Origin: a bacterium
GTDB lineage: Bacteria > Sumerlaeota > Sumerlaeia > SLMS01
Reading direction: 5' to 3'
DNA length: 64,000 nt
Assembly (NCBI GenBank): GCA_016125005.1
Contig: WGMQ01000008.1
Span: forward strand, 44,606 to 108,605
The translations under genes were made by a program, and so were the position numbers. Shown here one piece after another: positions 63,922-64,000 of this stretch; the stretch's first letter is position 1, and each line of letters begins with the position of its first letter. The notes beneath the pieces were generated by a model, which did not search any database, was not told the DNA's origin, and saw nothing but the letters and a program-made list of their open reading frames with translations.

Positions 63922-64000
63922 TCCTCTGGACACTGTTCCCGCCTCGATGAGAAGCCCTGTCGCGCATCTATTTATCGCTGGCAGGACCGTTCCCGATGCG

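Noticed and set aside
1-64000. Search for tRNA/rRNA genes, CRISPR arrays, IS elements or integrases
   Set aside because: No cloverleaf-like sequences were seen in the few intergenic gaps. There are no regularly spaced short direct repeats. No transposase or integrase-like ORFs were found. The only tandem repeats are coding (the giant gene) or the 108-bp pair at 3379/3936.

Overview
This is a high-GC (about 65%) bacterial chromosomal segment that is densely coding on both strands. Its housekeeping backbone comprises rlmD, purQ, rpiA, a partial NADH:quinone oxidoreductase operon (nuoG-H-I-J-K-N-[small orf]-L-M, non-canonical order, His-rich insertions in NuoL and NuoM), folD, hpt, a Zn-dependent alcohol dehydrogenase, a sodium:solute symporter, a hybrid histidine kinase and an EAL-GGDEF protein. 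Several accessory insertions and unusual architectures sit among these genes. (1) A compositionally atypical (about 45-58% GC), translationally coupled two-gene cassette at 15435-17299 lies between the rpiA/purQ operon and nuoG. It encodes an ABC/AAA_21-type ATPase plus a small TOPRIM-like (E-G-x-D-D and D-x-D motifs) protein, i.e. a split OLD/PARIS/RloAB-like candidate anti-phage module. (2) A secreted FGE/SUMF1-domain protein is encoded immediately upstream of a roughly 1815-aa secreted giant carrying about 60 tandem Ca-binding DxDxDG 15-mer repeats, Ig-like domains and a C-terminal legumain-like (C13) caspase-fold peptidase. A membrane C14 caspase-like protein with a DUF4384-like C-terminal domain lies about 6 kb away. 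(3) A PurE-like::TsaC(YrdC/Sua5) fusion. (4) A DJ-1/PfpI::NADP(H)-oxidoreductase (F420_oxidored-type) fusion is divergent from an HxlR regulator. (5) A 108-bp direct repeat sits in front of two small Gly-rich membrane-protein genes. (6) A low-GC (about 50%) terminal islet encodes a secreted TPR protein and a Pro-rich peptide. No rRNA, tRNA, CRISPR array or obvious IS element was recognised. Many long ORFs in the six-frame track are antisense artefacts of the high GC content.
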